In this document: one piece after another, positions 22,727 to 32,849 of the stretch
Layout: every line of letters begins with the position of its first letter
How positions within the stretch are numbered: the stretch's first letter is position 1
Source: Candidatus Poribacteria bacterium
Lineage (GTDB): Bacteria > Poribacteria > WGA-4E > WGA-3G
Length of the DNA stretch: 64,000 bases
NCBI GenBank assembly: GCA_965215265.1
Contig: OZ244048.1
Coordinates: forward strand, 3,072,001-3,136,000
Reading direction: 5' to 3'
The notes under the pieces: model-generated
Databases searched by the model: none
The model's input: only the letters and a program-made list of their open reading frames with translations
Told to the model about the DNA's origin: nothing
Made by a program: the position numbers and the translations under genes

Positions 22727-22805
22727 TTTTGTGCAAACTCCATTGTGCTCTCCTAAAAAACGTTTTTAGAAAAGCGCAGTAAAATTAAGGAATCCTAAAT
22801 AGATT

Positions 22806-24902
22806 CTATTTAGAAATTAAGTCCTCCATCAGACTTGTGGGGACTTCACTATAATGCGAGAACTCCATAGAATAGTGCGCTCTGCCTTGGGTAAGAGAGC
22901 GAAGAGTCTTTACATAGCCGAACATTTCTGAGAGCGGAACATCAACGTGTATAAGTTGGACTCGGGCTTTCGCTTGAAGTTCCGTTTCACGTATCTGCGC
23001 ACGCCGCGCATTGAGGTCTCCGATGACTTTACCGAGATATTGGTCCGGAACAATGACTTCAACGGCCATAATCGGTTCCAAGAGTGCCGGATTTGCCCGT
23101 TTCAGTGCATCTTTAAATGCCATTGAGCCTGCAATCCCGAATGCCATTTCCGAGGAGTCTACAGGATGGTGTGAGCCGTCTACTAGTCGGACTGCTACAT
23201 CAACCACAGGGTATCCGGCTAAAACGCCGACATTCATGGCATTCTCAATACCTTTTCGGACAGCCGGAATGTACTCTTGTGGAATCACTCCGCCCTTCGT
23301 TTGGTCGGTAAATTCAAAGCCGGTGCCTTTTTCAAGGGGTTCAACCTCAATGTAAACATGCCCAAATTGCCCTCTGCCACCGGATTGGCGAACAAAACGG
23401 CCTTCCGCTTTAACAGGCTTCCGGATCGTTTCACGATACGCAACCTCAGGATTGCCCACATTTGCGGATACATTGAATTCGCGTACGAGCCGGTCTACAA
23501 TGATTTCCAAATGTAATTCTCCCATACCTGAGAGCAAAGTCTGTCCTGTGTCAGCATCTTGGTGAACTTTAAACGTCGGATCTTCTTCGGCTAGTTTTGA
23601 GAGAGCGAGGTTCAATTTATCAATATCCGACTGGGTTCGTGGTTCCACTGCTACAGCCATAACAGGTAAAGGAAATTCCATGGTTTCTAAGGTGATATGT
23701 GATTTCGGATCGCAGATAGTATCGCCTGTTGAGAGCTCTTTTAATCCGATTGCAGCGGCGATATCTCCCGCCGTAATGGATGTAACTTCCTCACGTTTGT
23801 TGGCGTGCATCTGCATCAACCGTCCGATTCTTTCATGCTTACCACGCTTACTATTGTAAACGGTATCACCTTTCTTTAGAACCCCTGAATAGACACGAAG
23901 GTAGGTAAGTTTGCCAACGTGTGGATCGGTGGTAATTTTGAAAGCCAATGCACAGAAAGGATCGTTATTGTCTGCTTGTCGTATCTGCTCCGATTCTGTT
24001 TTCGGATCGAAACCGACAATTGGTGGTACATCGGTAGGTGCAGGGAGGTAAGAGACGATTCCATCTAAGAGAGGTTGGACACCTTTGTTCTTTAAAGCAG
24101 TTCCACAGAGAACCGGAACAACCTTGCCACTGAGTGTCGCGGTTCTGATTCCGGCCTTAACTTCTTCTGGAGAGAGTTCGATGCCATCTAGGAATTTAAC
24201 GAGCAGCTCATCATCCACTTCGGCGATCGCCTCAAGCAGCAGTTCACGGTACTCGTTTGCCATATCTTCCATCTCTTTCGGGATATCTGTTTCATGAATG
24301 ACGGCACCGAGGCTTCCTTCATCCCACAACTGTCCTTTCATTGAAATGATATCTACTATACCTTTGAACTGTTCTGCTGAGCCGATTGGGAGCTGAACAG
24401 GAATAGCTGTAGCCCCCAAGCGTTCTTCCATCATTTCAACGGTGCGGAAGAAGTCTGCTCCGGTTCTATCCATTTTATTGACGAATGCGATGCGTGGGAT
24501 GTTATACTTATCTGCTTGCCGCCAGACCGTTTCAGATTGCGGTTCAACCCCGCCAACTGCACAGAATACTGCAACTGCGCCGTCGAGAACGCGAAGAGAA
24601 CGTTCCACTTCGACGGTAAAATCAATATGGCCCGGTGTATCAATGATGTTGATATGGTGTGCTTTCCATTGACAGGTTGTCGCAGCAGCAGTAATAGTAA
24701 TGCCACGTTCCTGTTCTTGCACCATCCAATCCATCGTAGTTGTTCCATCGTCCACTTCACCAATGCGGTAAACACGGCCGGTATAATACAAGATACGTTC
24801 GGTTACAGTGGTTTTCCCGGCATCAATATGTGCCATGATGCCTATATTCCGCATCTTGGGTAAATCTAAACGATGTTGATTTTTGTGGTTCTTATCTGCC
24901 AC
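22806..24902 (-). CDS. fusA: Elongation factor G
   Basis: [25 protein letters not shown]. Confidence 0.99.
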   Translation of the reverse strand: MADKNHKNQHRLDLPKMRNIGIMAHIDAGKTTVTERILYYTGRVYRIGEVDDGTTTMDWMVQEQERGITITAAATTCQWKAHHINIIDTPGHIDFTVEVERSLRVLDGAVAVFCAVGGVEPQSETVWRQADKYNIPRIAFVNKMDRTGADFFRTVEMMEERLGATAIPVQLPIGSAEQFKGIVDIISMKGQLWDEGSLGAVIHETDIPKEMEDMANEYRELLLEAIAEVDDELLVKFLDGIELSPEEVKAGIRTATLSGKVVPVLCGTALKNKGVQPLLDGIVSYLPAPTDVPPIVGFDPKTESEQIRQADNNDPFCALAFKITTDPHVGKLTYLRVYSGVLKKGDTVYNSKRGKHERIGRLMQMHANKREEVTSITAGDIAAAIGLKELSTGDTICDPKSHITLETMEFPLPVMAVAVEPRTQSDIDKLNLALSKLAEEDPTFKVHQDADTGQTLLSGMGELHLEIIVDRLVREFNVSANVGNPEVAYRETIRKPVKAEGRFVRQSGGRGQFGHVYIEVEPLEKGTGFEFTDQTKGGVIPQEYIPAVRKGIENAMNVGVLAGYPVVDVAVRLVDGSHHPVDSSEMAFGIAGSMAFKDALKRANPALLEPIMAVEVIVPDQYLGKVIGDLNARRAQIRETELQAKARVQLIHVDVPLSEMFGYVKTLRSLTQGRAHYSMEFSHYSEVPTSLMEDLISK

Positions 24903-25020
24903 GATTTTTTTTGTCCTTTGAGGCTTGTTAACTTCGCGTGCGTGGTATCAGCCGCGTTAAGTTAAGAATGTACGAAAGTTTGCATCCACCTAATCCGCGG
25001 ACTTGCTGCGGTTATAATCC

Positions 25021-25491
25021 TTACCACCGGTAATGTGCGAAGGCTCTATTGGCTTCTGCCATTCGATGCTGTTCCTGTTTACGGCGGATTGCCCCGCCAT
25101 CGTTTTGTGACGCGTCCATCAATTCACCAGCAAGGCGTTGTGCCATGCGTTTCTCGCCGCGTGCCCGTGCAGATTGAATAATCCAACTAAAAGCGAGCCG
25201 GATTTTGCGTTCGGCCTTGACATCAATAGGAACCTGATAGGTTTGGCTGCCGACGCGCCGCGGGCGAATTTCTAACGCTGGTTTGACATTGTTAATTGCT
25301 TTCTGGAACACAGCGAAACCATCTTCCTGGGTCCGCTCTCCAATTATCTCAAAACTCTCATACAGGATACGCTGCGCAGTGCTCTTCTTCCCATCCAACA
25401 TGAGACTGTTGATAAATTTTGATACAAGCTTACTGTTGTAAGTTGCATCCGGGGTAACATCGCGCTTGGTAACGTTTCCACGTCTCGGCAT
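25021..25491 (-). CDS. rpsG: 30S ribosomal protein S7
   Basis: MPRRG, DGKKS.A, HRMAEANRAFAHYRW. Confidence 0.98.
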   Translation of the reverse strand: MPRRGNVTKRDVTPDATYNSKLVSKFINSLMLDGKKSTAQRILYESFEIIGERTQEDGFAVFQKAINNVKPALEIRPRRVGSQTYQVPIDVKAERKIRLAFSWIIQSARARGEKRMAQRLAGELMDASQNDGGAIRRKQEQHRMAEANRAFAHYRW

Positions 25492-25516
25492 CTCTTTTTC
25501 CTCCGCGGAGTGTGCC

Positions 25517-25885
25517 TTATGGCTTTCGTGCTCCGTATTTTGAGCGTCCCTGCCGGCGGTTGTCAACACCTGCCGTATCCAACTTGCCACGAACGATGTG
25601 ATAACGAACGTTAGAAAGATCTTTTACGCGGCCGCCTCGTACTAAAACGACTGAGTGCTCTTGCAAGTTGTGATCTATGCCCGGAATATAACAGGTTGCC
25701 TCATAGCCAGAAGTAAAACGGACCCGGGCGACTTTGCGCAAGGCCGAATTTGGTTTACTCGGCGTTACCGTTTTTACCTGTAAACAGATACCACGACGCT
25801 GTGGGCACTGCTGAAGCACAGGTGACTTTGTCTTCTTCCGGTACTTTTTGCGCGGTTTTTTAATTAACTGGTTAATTGTTGGCAT
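25517..25885 (-). CDS. rpsL: 30S ribosomal protein S12
   Basis: [27 protein letters not shown]. Confidence 0.98.
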   Translation of the reverse strand: MPTINQLIKKPRKKYRKKTKSPVLQQCPQRRGICLQVKTVTPSKPNSALRKVARVRFTSGYEATCYIPGIDHNLQEHSVVLVRGGRVKDLSNVRYHIVRGKLDTAGVDNRRQGRSKYGARKP

Positions 25886-26019
25886 TCTTTCTTTATATAC
25901 GGCCTTCATCCAAGCAGTGCCCGGCGATTGCCCTCCTGACTATAAACACCATACCCGAACCGGGCTTTATAGGTGGCTACTGTTACATCCCTTTCCAATC
26001 CACTCGATCGAAATACAAT

Positions 26020-26039
26020 AAAAAAGCCCCGCGCGGGGC
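26020..26039 (-). terminator. Intrinsic-terminator-like hairpin in the rpsL leader
   Basis: GCCCC-GCGC-GGGGC followed by TTTTTT on the minus strand. Confidence 0.6.
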
Positions 26040-26251
26040 AGCGAGTGAATTGCAGAGCGAAAATTAAGTGCTCAACTTGCGCAACTTCAACCCATAATAT
26101 CTGTTAGCAAGATAGACTTGCTAGTTGCGCCCTACAACAAAACATATTAACGCAAAATTTAGAATCAACGTTAGAATGTTTCCAATATAATTGCCCCTTT
26201 TCTGGTCTTAGAGAGACCCAAAAAGAATTGATTAGCGTTGCATAAAATGTA

Positions 26252-26280
26252 ATTATATCATAAAATTTCCAGTTTGTCAA
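26252..26280 (-). promoter_or_regulatory. Consensus sigma70 promoter of the str operon
   Basis: TTGACA-17 nt-TATAAT with TGn extension on the minus strand. Confidence 0.8.
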
Positions 26281-26367
26281 ATTTTTTTTGAAAAAACAAC
26301 TTTTTCTTAAATTTAAAGTGCAGATTTTGTCAATTTGACGAATATCTTGCAAATTTTTATGAAAAAA

Positions 26368-27627
26368 TTAACTTCCGTCTTGCAAATTACCGCGAATAAA
26401 TACGTCCCGGACGTTAAAATTTTCATCAAGGATTACAATATCGGCGGCTTTACCGCGGCCAATTGAACCGAGCTGGTCAGCGATGCCTAAATTATGTGCT
26501 GGCGTTAACGTTGCCATTGTTAACGCTTCCTCTAAGGAGTACCCCCACCCCATAACGTTCTCGATTCCATCCATGAGAGTTATATTTGCACCAGCAAGGC
26601 GCTCACTCGTTTTTCCAAGATCCAGCCACATCGCTCCATTTTTTACATATTTCTTCGCTTCTTGCGACGATGATTTTTCCAAACGGTAGGCATCAAATCC
26701 TGAAATATAAGTCGCATCAGCCTGCCATACCTCAGGTGAGACACCAGCGAGTTCGGTACAATCTGTAATTAATCCGACGTTGTGTATCCCTTTTCGACGA
26801 ACCAAAATATCGCCCCAAAAGGGGTGAACATGCTGTTCATCAACGATGAGTTCGGCATGAATACCTTTATGGGCGAAGACAGCTTCTAACGCACCAAGGT
26901 TCCGGTGATGCATACCGCTCATGCCGTTATACGTATGGGTTGCCCGTGTGACCCCGGCATCGATTGCCGCCATGGCTTGTTCGTACGTTGCGTTTGTGTG
27001 TCCCATAGCCACAACGATGTTGTTGTAAGCCTCTGTCCGGTTGGCAGTAAGGTGCTTGATAAATTGGAATCGTGATTGTTCCGTTGCTCCTATATCGTTT
27101 TCCGGTGCAACAGAGATGACTTTTAAGGTTCCATCTGAGGCAGCCCACATAGCGTGGAATTCTTCAAAGTTAGGAGGCGTAATGTACCTCGCATCCTGAG
27201 CGCCGTTCTTAGCAAGACTTCCAAATTTTCCTTCTACATAAGAACCTAAAATACGGGCACCGTCTTCGATTGGAGTGTCTACGACATGCGCTATTGCTTT
27301 CAAGGAAGCGTTGATCTGTTCCATACTCCCTGAGGAAATACCCAAAACCAGTGAAGTAACTCCGTTGGTGACGTGTGCACGAGCAATTTTGTGTATGTCT
27401 TCAACTTTTCCTGTCATCGTATCAACGCCGCCGCCGCCGTGTACGAGAGCATCTATGAGGCCTGGGATGATTGTGCAACCAGCAGCATCAATTATCTTAG
27501 AGGTACTACGAGGCACAGCATCTTCCGTTTTTATTTCCGAGATTTTATCGCCTTCTATAACGATGGTGCCTCGCCCTTGATGTTTCGGTGTATAAATATC
27601 CCCGTTTGTTATTGTAAACGTTTCCAT
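26368..27627 (-). CDS. nagA: N-acetylglucosamine-6-phosphate deacetylase-like amidohydrolase
   Basis: PGLID..VHGGGG, GHTNA, THTYNGM, GSI..GK.AD; start uncertain. Confidence 0.85.
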   Translation of the reverse strand: METFTITNGDIYTPKHQGRGTIVIEGDKISEIKTEDAVPRSTSKIIDAAGCTIIPGLIDALVHGGGGVDTMTGKVEDIHKIARAHVTNGVTSLVLGISSGSMEQINASLKAIAHVVDTPIEDGARILGSYVEGKFGSLAKNGAQDARYITPPNFEEFHAMWAASDGTLKVISVAPENDIGATEQSRFQFIKHLTANRTEAYNNIVVAMGHTNATYEQAMAAIDAGVTRATHTYNGMSGMHHRNLGALEAVFAHKGIHAELIVDEQHVHPFWGDILVRRKGIHNVGLITDCTELAGVSPEVWQADATYISGFDAYRLEKSSSQEAKKYVKNGAMWLDLGKTSERLAGANITLMDGIENVMGWGYSLEEALTMATLTPAHNLGIADQLGSIGRGKAADIVILDENFNVRDVFIRGNLQDGS

Positions 27628-27675
27628 AGTTTGTTTATTACAAATGACCGCGGTTTTCCAATTGTCCAGCAATGC

Positions 27676-28197
27676 CTACTGTGCCCGTTCCATAAAGATA
27701 AAACTGTAGGAGTACGGATTTTTCTCATCCGCTTCTCGGTCAATGCGCTTGACTTCCCTCCACTCCGTCGTATCAAACGTAGGAAAATAGACATTCCCGT
27801 CAAAGACGTGGTGGATTTGTGTCAGATAGAGTCGGTGAGCATGAGGTAAAAATGTTTTATAAACAGGTGCGCCACCACATATCATAAGTTCTTCGCAATC
27901 TGCTGCAACAGCCAAGACCTCCTCTACCGAGTGAACAACGATGCAACTCTTTCGATGGATCTTGGTGTTAACCTGATACTTCTTGTTACGCGTGAGGATA
28001 ATGTTGAGTCGCTTGCCCAAGGGACGTTTGAGCGTTTCAAAAGTTTTCCGTCCCATGACAACGGGCTTTCCCACTGTCATGTCGCGGAAATGCCTCCGGT
28101 CGGCAGGCATTTCCCAAGGAATGTCTGCCCCGTTACCGATAAGCCGGTTTTTGTCAATTGCCGCAATCATTGAAATCAACATTTTTCGTTCACTCAT
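27676..28197 (-). CDS. folA: Dihydrofolate reductase
   Basis: IAAID.NRLIG...IPW..PAD..HF, VVMGRKTFE, ICGG. Confidence 0.95.
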   Translation of the reverse strand: MSERKMLISMIAAIDKNRLIGNGADIPWEMPADRRHFRDMTVGKPVVMGRKTFETLKRPLGKRLNIILTRNKKYQVNTKIHRKSCIVVHSVEEVLAVAADCEELMICGGAPVYKTFLPHAHRLYLTQIHHVFDGNVYFPTFDTTEWREVKRIDREADEKNPYSYSFIFMERAQ

Positions 28198-28250
28198 ATT
28201 ACCGAACATGTGGGCTGTTTATTATGCTGAATTACATTTACCTGCGTGAA

Positions 28251-29048
28251 TTAAACAATGAGAGGCGCGCGGATGGTATCATAATGCTCGTAAGCTGTTA
28301 ACTGAATATCTTGCATCTTGAAATCGTCAATTGATTGAACCTTCGGATTCAGTACAAGCCTCGGTAAAGGTAAAGGGTTTCGCTGAAGTTGCATTCTTAC
28401 CTGCTCAAAGTGGGCATGGTAGATGTGTGCATCTCCCAAAGTGAGGATAAACTCATTGGGTTCAAGATTTGTCACTTGTGCCACCATGCACAAAAGCATA
28501 GAATAGGAAGCAATATTGAAGGGCACGCCAAGAAACATATCGCAACTGCGCAGATACATCTGCAGCGACAACTTGCCCTCGGCAACAAAGAATTGAAAAA
28601 ATATGTGACACGGTGGTAAGGACATTTGGTCTAATTCGCCCGGATTCCAAGCAGTCACAACATGCCGTCGGCTGTTAGGGTTGTTCTTGAGTTGTTCAAT
28701 GACCTCGGCAAGCTGATCGAGCGGACCGTTTTTCGTTTGCCATCGTCGCCATTGGACACCATAAATTCTGCCGAGGTCTCCATCTTTTCCCCACGCTTCG
28801 GCGTTCGCATTCCATATCTGTGTGCCAAGTTTCTGAAATTGCTCCACCCTGTCGTAGCCTCGTAGGAATCCTAAGAGCTCAGCTTTTACAGAACGGAACG
28901 CAAGTTTCTTAGTCGTTACTGCTGGAAACCCATCCGCGAGATTGTAGCGCATTTGCATACCAAACAGTGCACGCGTTTGACCGTTCCTCCCATTCCGGTC
29001 AACTCCGGTATCTAATATCTGCAGGAGTCTTTCTAAATATTGCTGCAT
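28251..29048 (-). CDS. thyA: Thymidylate synthase
   Basis: YGVQWR, LPPCH, RSCDMFLGVPFNIASY, GDAHIY. Confidence 0.97.
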   Translation of the reverse strand: MQQYLERLLQILDTGVDRNGRNGQTRALFGMQMRYNLADGFPAVTTKKLAFRSVKAELLGFLRGYDRVEQFQKLGTQIWNANAEAWGKDGDLGRIYGVQWRRWQTKNGPLDQLAEVIEQLKNNPNSRRHVVTAWNPGELDQMSLPPCHIFFQFFVAEGKLSLQMYLRSCDMFLGVPFNIASYSMLLCMVAQVTNLEPNEFILTLGDAHIYHAHFEQVRMQLQRNPLPLPRLVLNPKVQSIDDFKMQDIQLTAYEHYDTIRAPLIV

Positions 29049-29050
29049 AT

Positions 29051-29482
29051 CTATAAATCTGTACTGCCGAATCCGCCCCGAGATGGAGCAATCATCTGTT
29101 CAACTTCATTCCAATGTGTCCTATCTACACGGACGAAGACAGCTTGTGCGATCCGTGCGCCTCTTTCAACAGTGACAGTTGCGTCAGTGAAATTGTAAAC
29201 CTGAATTTTTAGTTCGTCATCTTCTCCACAGTAATCGTTATCCACAACCCCTAAGCCTTGTGGCATCAGCAATCCAAATTTTCGTGGTGTGCTGCTGCGC
29301 AGGCAAACCATCAGCATATAGCCAGGGGGTGTTTCAACGATTATATTTGCAGGTATCAGGCAGATGTCTTGTGGCGCAATTTCAGCAGCTTCACGACAGA
29401 GCAGATCTAAACCGACGGCCCCTTCAGTTTCGTATTTGGGCAACGGGAGCGTCTTATCTACGCGTTTGATATTAATTCTCAT
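29051..29482 (-). CDS. dut: dUTP diphosphatase
   Basis: GLDL, RSS, GVVDNDYCG, RIAQ, RGGFGST. Confidence 0.93.
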   Translation of the reverse strand: MRINIKRVDKTLPLPKYETEGAVGLDLLCREAAEIAPQDICLIPANIIVETPPGYMLMVCLRSSTPRKFGLLMPQGLGVVDNDYCGEDDELKIQVYNFTDATVTVERGARIAQAVFVRVDRTHWNEVEQMIAPSRGGFGSTDL

Positions 29483-30366
29483 AACGGAACAACGACTCCC
29501 ATTACCTTGCATTTAATCTGATAGATAGAAGTCGTTGCTGTAATAAAGAGGGTTTTCCAATCATCTCCACCCCATGTGAGATTCGCCGTGCGTTCCGGAA
29601 CAAGAATTACACCCAGATGTGTTCCGTCTGCAGCAAAAACCCAAATTCCTCCGGGGCCGGTTAAGTAGACATTCCCTTCAATATCTACTTTCATACCGTC
29701 TGGTTTCCCGTTGTCGCCCTCTTCCTCTGCAAACACGCGGCCGTTCGTAATTGCCCCATCAGGTTGGACATCAAAAGCCCGGACGTGCATCCGCTCGGTG
29801 TCGTTAATGTAGAGGATGGACTCATCCGGTGAAAAGCAGAGACCGTTGGGCCTGTCGAAATCATCAATCAGGAGCATCAACGTATCCTCATCAGGTGCCA
29901 GGCGATACACCCCTTGAAAATCAAGTTCCTTTTCTGCGGCAACCCCATACGCAGAAGTTAATCCATAGGGCGGATCTGTGAAATAGATACTTCCATCCGA
30001 TTTAACGACAACATCATTTGGGCTATTCAAACGTTTGCCTTGATAGTGCGATGCAATTGTGATTACCTGGCCATCCGCTGTTGTTCGGGATACGCGGCGA
30101 TTAGCGTGTTCACAAGCAATGAGGCATCCGTGCTTATCGTAGGTGAGTCCATTTGACTTTCCTGACGGTGCACGGTATATACTCATGCCTGATGTCGCGT
30201 CCCATCTCTTCATTGCGTTCGCGGGAATATCGCTGAACAGCAAAAAATTCTCGAGAGTATTCCAAAGTGGTCCTTCGGTAAATTGGCATCCGGTTGCCAA
30301 TTGTTCGACAACTGCTCGTGCATCAACTAAGTCTAATAACCTTGAATCGCGTAGATCTAGCGCCAT
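29479..30366 (-). CDS. SMP-30/gluconolactonase family protein
   Basis: FTEGP.W, LNSPND, FTDPPYG, PNGL.FSPD, PDGMKVD. Confidence 0.93.
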   Translation of the reverse strand: MALDLRDSRLLDLVDARAVVEQLATGCQFTEGPLWNTLENFLLFSDIPANAMKRWDATSGMSIYRAPSGKSNGLTYDKHGCLIACEHANRRVSRTTADGQVITIASHYQGKRLNSPNDVVVKSDGSIYFTDPPYGLTSAYGVAAEKELDFQGVYRLAPDEDTLMLLIDDFDRPNGLCFSPDESILYINDTERMHVRAFDVQPDGAITNGRVFAEEEGDNGKPDGMKVDIEGNVYLTGPGGIWVFAADGTHLGVILVPERTANLTWGGDDWKTLFITATTSIYQIKCKVMGVVVPL

Positions 30367-30630
30367 TATGAAAAATCCTTTCTTTCAGGGCACTGTACTT
30401 TTTTATCCGAATTGTGATTTTCCACGAAATTTATCCTACGATATCTGATTCGCGGGAGGCAATTTCAAAGGAGATATACCATAATTTTGCTCGCAATCCA
30501 GCCGTGTTCACAAATTACATCCCCAGCGTTGCTGAGCCCCCATTTTTTTCTTGACATGTGCTCCCGAATCATGTTATTATAAACAAAAGTTAACTCGTTT
30601 TAGGGATGCCCTACGATCGGAAGGAATTCA

Positions 30631-30704
<74 letters not shown>

Positions 30705-30727
30705 AATTCATTATATTGACATTATAT

Positions 30728-30756
30728 AGTATAACAACTCAAATGTCTTTTGTCAA
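30728..30756 (-). promoter_or_regulatory. sigma70 promoter for tRNA-Arg
   Basis: TTGACA-17-TATACT on the minus strand. Confidence 0.7.
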
Positions 30757-30806
30757 ATTTTTTTAGACTGTTTGGTTTCAGAAAAACAGTAATGAGGAAT
30801 AAGCAG

Positions 30807-31865
30807 ATGAAACGTAGATTTCAACAATTCTCCATATTAAGTCTCATAGTGCTTTTCTTGTTTAGCCTCGCTCCAGAGGAGGTAGAAAGTCGGCGCGGCG
30901 GTAGAAGTTTCAGCCGCAGTTCCAGCCGGCGGAGTTATAGTGCACCGAGGCGCTCCTACAGTAAGACTCGCTCATCGCGAAGCACCTATACGCGTCCGAG
31001 GACAACGTCTTCGACATCACGGCGTAGTAATTATAGCAGAACCACGCCGAGAAGTACTAGCACCCGAGCGAGCACAGCAGCACGCCAAAAACAGACGGCG
31101 ACGAACCGCGCGAGGAACACAACTGCAACCCAAAGGACTACAAGTGCAACAAGAAGCCAACAGCGGAAATCCACCGCGCAAAACCGAAAACAGGTGCGAC
31201 AGCTCAAAACTGAGAACCGTAGTTTAAAACGGCAGGTCAGAAGAGCAGACAGGCGGACCGCTAGGGCCCGACGCGACGCGCGTGCAACTATTAACGTTGG
31301 CAATTTTGGGATGTATTATCCGGTCACGGCTTATTCAATGTACGGTCTAACTGCCTCTATGGCGTTTAACAACATCTTGTACGGTATATATTTCCACGAT
31401 TACTATAATCACGCGATTCGGCATAGTTACTTGTGGCACTATCACCATCCGAGTTATGACCGGTCACATTGGGATGCTAAAAAACAGGCGGAGTACGAAT
31501 ATTATAAGGAATACTACGAAAGCCAAGGCATTGAACCCAATTCAAACTACGTTGATCCGGGTACCAATCGCGATGAAGATTACGCTGCAAGTTACGTTGA
31601 AGAGAATCCCGATAAATTTTATGGGGAGAACGCTGTCGCTTTCACGGTTGAAGAGCTTCCTGATGAAGAAGCACTGAAACAAGAGCTCCTTGCTTCTGCC
31701 GAGTCATCATCAGTCACTGCCACAGCATCACGTGCGCCCCCAGTCCCGGAGAAAATTGTCATTGAGAATAGGACCTCCGGCGGAACGTGGTTCCTCCTTA
31801 TATTCGGCAGCTTTATCATCGTCGGAGCTATCGTGCTGGTGATGTACAATAAAGGCTATTTCTAA
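30807..31865 (+). CDS. Secreted/membrane-anchored protein with Arg/Ser-rich N-terminus
   Basis: Signal peptide followed by RRGGRSFSRSSSRRS, Tyr/His-rich core, C-terminal TM. Confidence 0.7.
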   Translation: MKRRFQQFSILSLIVLFLFSLAPEEVESRRGGRSFSRSSSRRSYSAPRRSYSKTRSSRSTYTRPRTTSSTSRRSNYSRTTPRSTSTRASTAARQKQTATNRARNTTATQRTTSATRSQQRKSTAQNRKQVRQLKTENRSLKRQVRRADRRTARARRDARATINVGNFGMYYPVTAYSMYGLTASMAFNNILYGIYFHDYYNHAIRHSYLWHYHHPSYDRSHWDAKKQAEYEYYKEYYESQGIEPNSNYVDPGTNRDEDYAASYVEENPDKFYGENAVAFTVEELPDEEALKQELLASAESSSVTATASRAPPVPEKIVIENRTSGGTWFLLIFGSFIIVGAIVLVMYNKGYF

Positions 31866-31935
31866 CATAGAAAACACCAGAGGCTGACATCGTTACGCCA
31901 ATTTAAAGTGAAGCCTTAACAATGTAGGTAGGAAG

Positions 31936-32562
31936 ATGGCATTTTTTCGTAGAAAAGATGGGAAATCCCTCTTTGGTAAAGAAAAGACGGCTGATAAGAA
32001 AAAGCCAGAGAGACACGAACTCGTCGATATCCCAATTAATAGCATAATTGAACTCTCTGATATCACTACATACGAGGAGACCGGCGATACTTCACACGCA
32101 TTTAAACTCGTCCTCGCGAAGAAGTATGTGGGCGACGGTCTCCTTCGCTATATGTATCATATCCAAGATGTGGAGAGCGAGCTCGTTGTCGGAGTCGATC
32201 ATATCGCGGGAACAAAGGACGAGTACGAAATCTCTCGATGGATTATTGATGGCGAGCAAGATCTCAGCGATCCGTTGCCCGATACGATGACGCTCTATTA
32301 TCCGCATCCCGATGATGAAGACCAGGAGATAGCAGTGGAATTCACTCGGCATGAGGTTATTGCTGCGACGCTTACTGTTACCAGTCCGCAAGGGCAACCC
32401 GAGGAATTCACCGTAGAACTCCACGAATACGCTACCGAAGAGGAAGAGTTGATGTGTATTGAAGTTTGTGGAAAGTGGTTAACCTTCTATGTCGGTACGC
32501 TTATAACGCGTTCCGATATTGAAATCTACCCGGCGATGAATACTGGAACTAAGGATGGATAA
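31936..32562 (+). CDS. Acidic hypothetical protein, DUF4178-like
   Basis: RBS AGGAAG; C-terminal IE...W.TFY.G..I pattern reminiscent of DUF4178. Confidence 0.5.
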   Translation: MAFFRRKDGKSLFGKEKTADKKKPERHELVDIPINSIIELSDITTYEETGDTSHAFKLVLAKKYVGDGLLRYMYHIQDVESELVVGVDHIAGTKDEYEISRWIIDGEQDLSDPLPDTMTLYYPHPDDEDQEIAVEFTRHEVIAATLTVTSPQGQPEEFTVELHEYATEEEELMCIEVCGKWLTFYVGTLITRSDIEIYPAMNTGTKDG

Positions 32563-32849
32563 TCTTATCCGAACGCGAATCTTTGATTCAACGTCGGTGG
32601 TCTGAATATCGTATCTATGCCAGGCGGTGGGTTGCTGAAAAAGATACGTCAAAGGTGTTGACTGAATTCATTGCTATACACTCGCATATCGATATGGACG
32701 GAGAGGACGGTATCTTTGTACCTATAAGGCGATGCCGTCAATATCCACACGAACGGGTTGAGGTGGCGTTGGGTAGGTTGCAAATTAATAAACGTGTCCG
32801 GGACTTGCTTACCGAGCAGGTTGTGGACAGTATGAAGGAGAGGTAATAA

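Noticed and set aside
6820-24863. Many plus-strand ORFs antisense to ribosomal genes
   Set aside because: Shadow ORFs of highly conserved genes with no RBS or recognisable motifs.
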